Shown here piece after piece: positions 62,607 to 64,000 of a stretch of DNA of 64,000 bases. The notes beneath the pieces are model-generated. The model saw only the letters and a list, made by a program, of their open reading frames with translations, had not been told where the DNA came from and searched no databases. The position numbers were made by a program, and so were the translations under genes. The stretch is taken from sequence record NC_031010.1; one strand, 5' to 3'. Each line of letters opens with the position of its first letter. The stretch's first letter is position 1.

Positions 62607-63915
62607 GTCGGGTGCCGAATGGCAACCTATCAAACAGCCTACCCCGGAATTGGCACAAGCCCAAGACGGGATAAAGGAAGCCTCGAACATTGTGACCGAG
62701 CCATTACGCACCACGGTAATGGACTTGCAGCGTGTGTCGAAGCAGCACCTGTTACAGTACGTAACCGGTTCCTCGTGGTCGGTGACGTTCTACCACTTCC
62801 TGCGGGGCAAGAATGACCCGTTGAAGATTATCGACCCTAAGGTTGATAACTCCACCCAACAGCTGGAGAAAATCCACAACCTCGAGCTGCGTGTCACCAC
62901 CGCACTGCAGCGTAGTCAGCAGTCCGACAACCGCACCTTTGAAATCACCGGGGCTGCGACGGTAGTCAACTCGATTCCGCCGAATGTCACCGACTGCTTT
63001 GTGGCCGAGATGGATGGCGGTCGACTGGGCCTGTTTAACATCACATCCTCCATCCGTGGGTCTGACAATAAAATCGCCACCTACGAGATTGAGTACGCGA
63101 TGCTCTACGAGGTCACGCCGGATATTGCGAACATCCTGAAAGCGTGTACGGTCCGTGAGTATTACTACGTCCGGGAACGTGCGTGGTGGGGCGAGGACAC
63201 CCTCTTACAGCCGGATGAGTGGAATGAGTTTCTACGGGTGGAACGTTTACTGCTGGATATCGAGCAGACGTATGTTAAACGCTTCTACGACCACGAAACC
63301 CAAACGCTGAAGTTCCCTGAGGATGAGTACCGGGTCTACGATGTGTTCTTGGCACGATTCGTTCGGGCAATTGGCCTGACCATGCCGGGTCACGATATCC
63401 GTATCTACCCGCACCCACCCAAACAGGTGAACGATGTCGAAACCTTCTGGGACGCTATCATTAACCAAAGCGGAACCTTCCTTGAGGACTTCAACCGCCG
63501 CTGTGCGTGTTTCTCTGTGAAGACGTTCCGGGTATTGCAGATGATGAACACCATTGGCTGGTCAAAGTTCCATGCCACACTGTTCTTCACTGCGGATAAC
63601 AAGTACGCGACCTACCCGTACAACTTCCCGGGCTTTGCTGGTTTTGTACCAGAGAGCATTAACTACCGCGGCAACGTAGGGGAAACCTTACCGGCCTTCG
63701 GTGTTCCAACTCTCACGCCGTATATCCTGAGTGAAGAGTTTTACAAGGGCAGTTACACCAACGTGCTTGAGTGGGCGTTGCACCTCTTTATCAAACAGCA
63801 GCCGATTTCTCCCCAGCCGATCATTATCTTGGCTGAGATGTTACGTACGCTGCCGAAGACGGCGCAGTTCTACTACACCCCGCTGGTTTACGTGCTCCTC
63901 CGTTACGTGAGGTAG
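62590..63915 (+). CDS. virion structural protein, probably neck/tail (441 aa)
   Basis: Overlaps the previous gene, operon context. Confidence 0.65.
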   Translation: MLKSSKSGAEWQPIKQPTPELAQAQDGIKEASNIVTEPLRTTVMDLQRVSKQHLLQYVTGSSWSVTFYHFLRGKNDPLKIIDPKVDNSTQQLEKIHNLELRVTTALQRSQQSDNRTFEITGAATVVNSIPPNVTDCFVAEMDGGRLGLFNITSSIRGSDNKIATYEIEYAMLYEVTPDIANILKACTVREYYYVRERAWWGEDTLLQPDEWNEFLRVERLLLDIEQTYVKRFYDHETQTLKFPEDEYRVYDVFLARFVRAIGLTMPGHDIRIYPHPPKQVNDVETFWDAIINQSGTFLEDFNRRCACFSVKTFRVLQMMNTIGWSKFHATLFFTADNKYATYPYNFPGFAGFVPESINYRGNVGETLPAFGVPTLTPYILSEEFYKGSYTNVLEWALHLFIKQQPISPQPIIILAEMLRTLPKTAQFYYTPLVYVLLRYVR

Positions 63916-63917
63916 TA

Positions 63918-64000
63918 ATGAGCAAGAAGTTTACCCCCGCCTTCCATTTGTTTCACAGCTGGGTAAGCTGGCGTGTGCCGGCTTATGCAACGTTGACCGA
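63918..64000 (+). CDS. 5' fragment of the next gene
   Basis: GAGG RBS, ATG 63918 (MSKKFTPAFHLF...), runs off the window. Confidence 0.7.
   Translation, partial: MSKKFTPAFHLFHSWVSWRVPAYATLT

Noticed and set aside
1-64000. CRISPR array, integrase, IS element or rRNA
   Set aside because: No regularly spaced direct repeats and no recombinase, transposase or rRNA signatures seen.

Overview
The window is a 64 kb segment of a nucleus-forming jumbo phage (phiKZ/SPN3US-like, Chimalliviridae). The host is probably an enterobacterium, inferred from gene order rather than from a database search. It carries the conserved core block: split family-B DNA polymerase (two genes), chimallin, non-virion RNAP subunits, an SbcD-like nuclease, ChmC- and PicA-position genes, an intein-interrupted SF2 helicase, a virion RNAP beta' piece, baseplate and head proteins with AxE-type maturation sites, and DHFR. 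The left end (1-3.8 kb) is accessory: an orphan TAXI-type periplasmic binding protein, then a 2.4 kb RNA island of 8 canonical tRNAs interleaved with several unexplained structured RNAs. The most interesting signals are: (1) a ~600-nt and a ~460-nt ornate non-coding region plus four tRNA-topped pseudo-tRNA elements; (2) a U_UUU_UUC -1 frameshift site that would fuse a tail/baseplate-chaperone-like ORF to a downstream ORF with no ATG start; (3) a class 3 (WCT) intein starting with Val whose first LAGLIDADG motif has Asn in place of Asp; (4) a 20-nt promoter motif found 8 times, once inside a coding sequence; (5) nucleoporin-like (G/S)LLG repeats in the gene next to picA. Assignments to named phage proteins rest on motifs plus synteny recalled from the literature, not on alignments run here.
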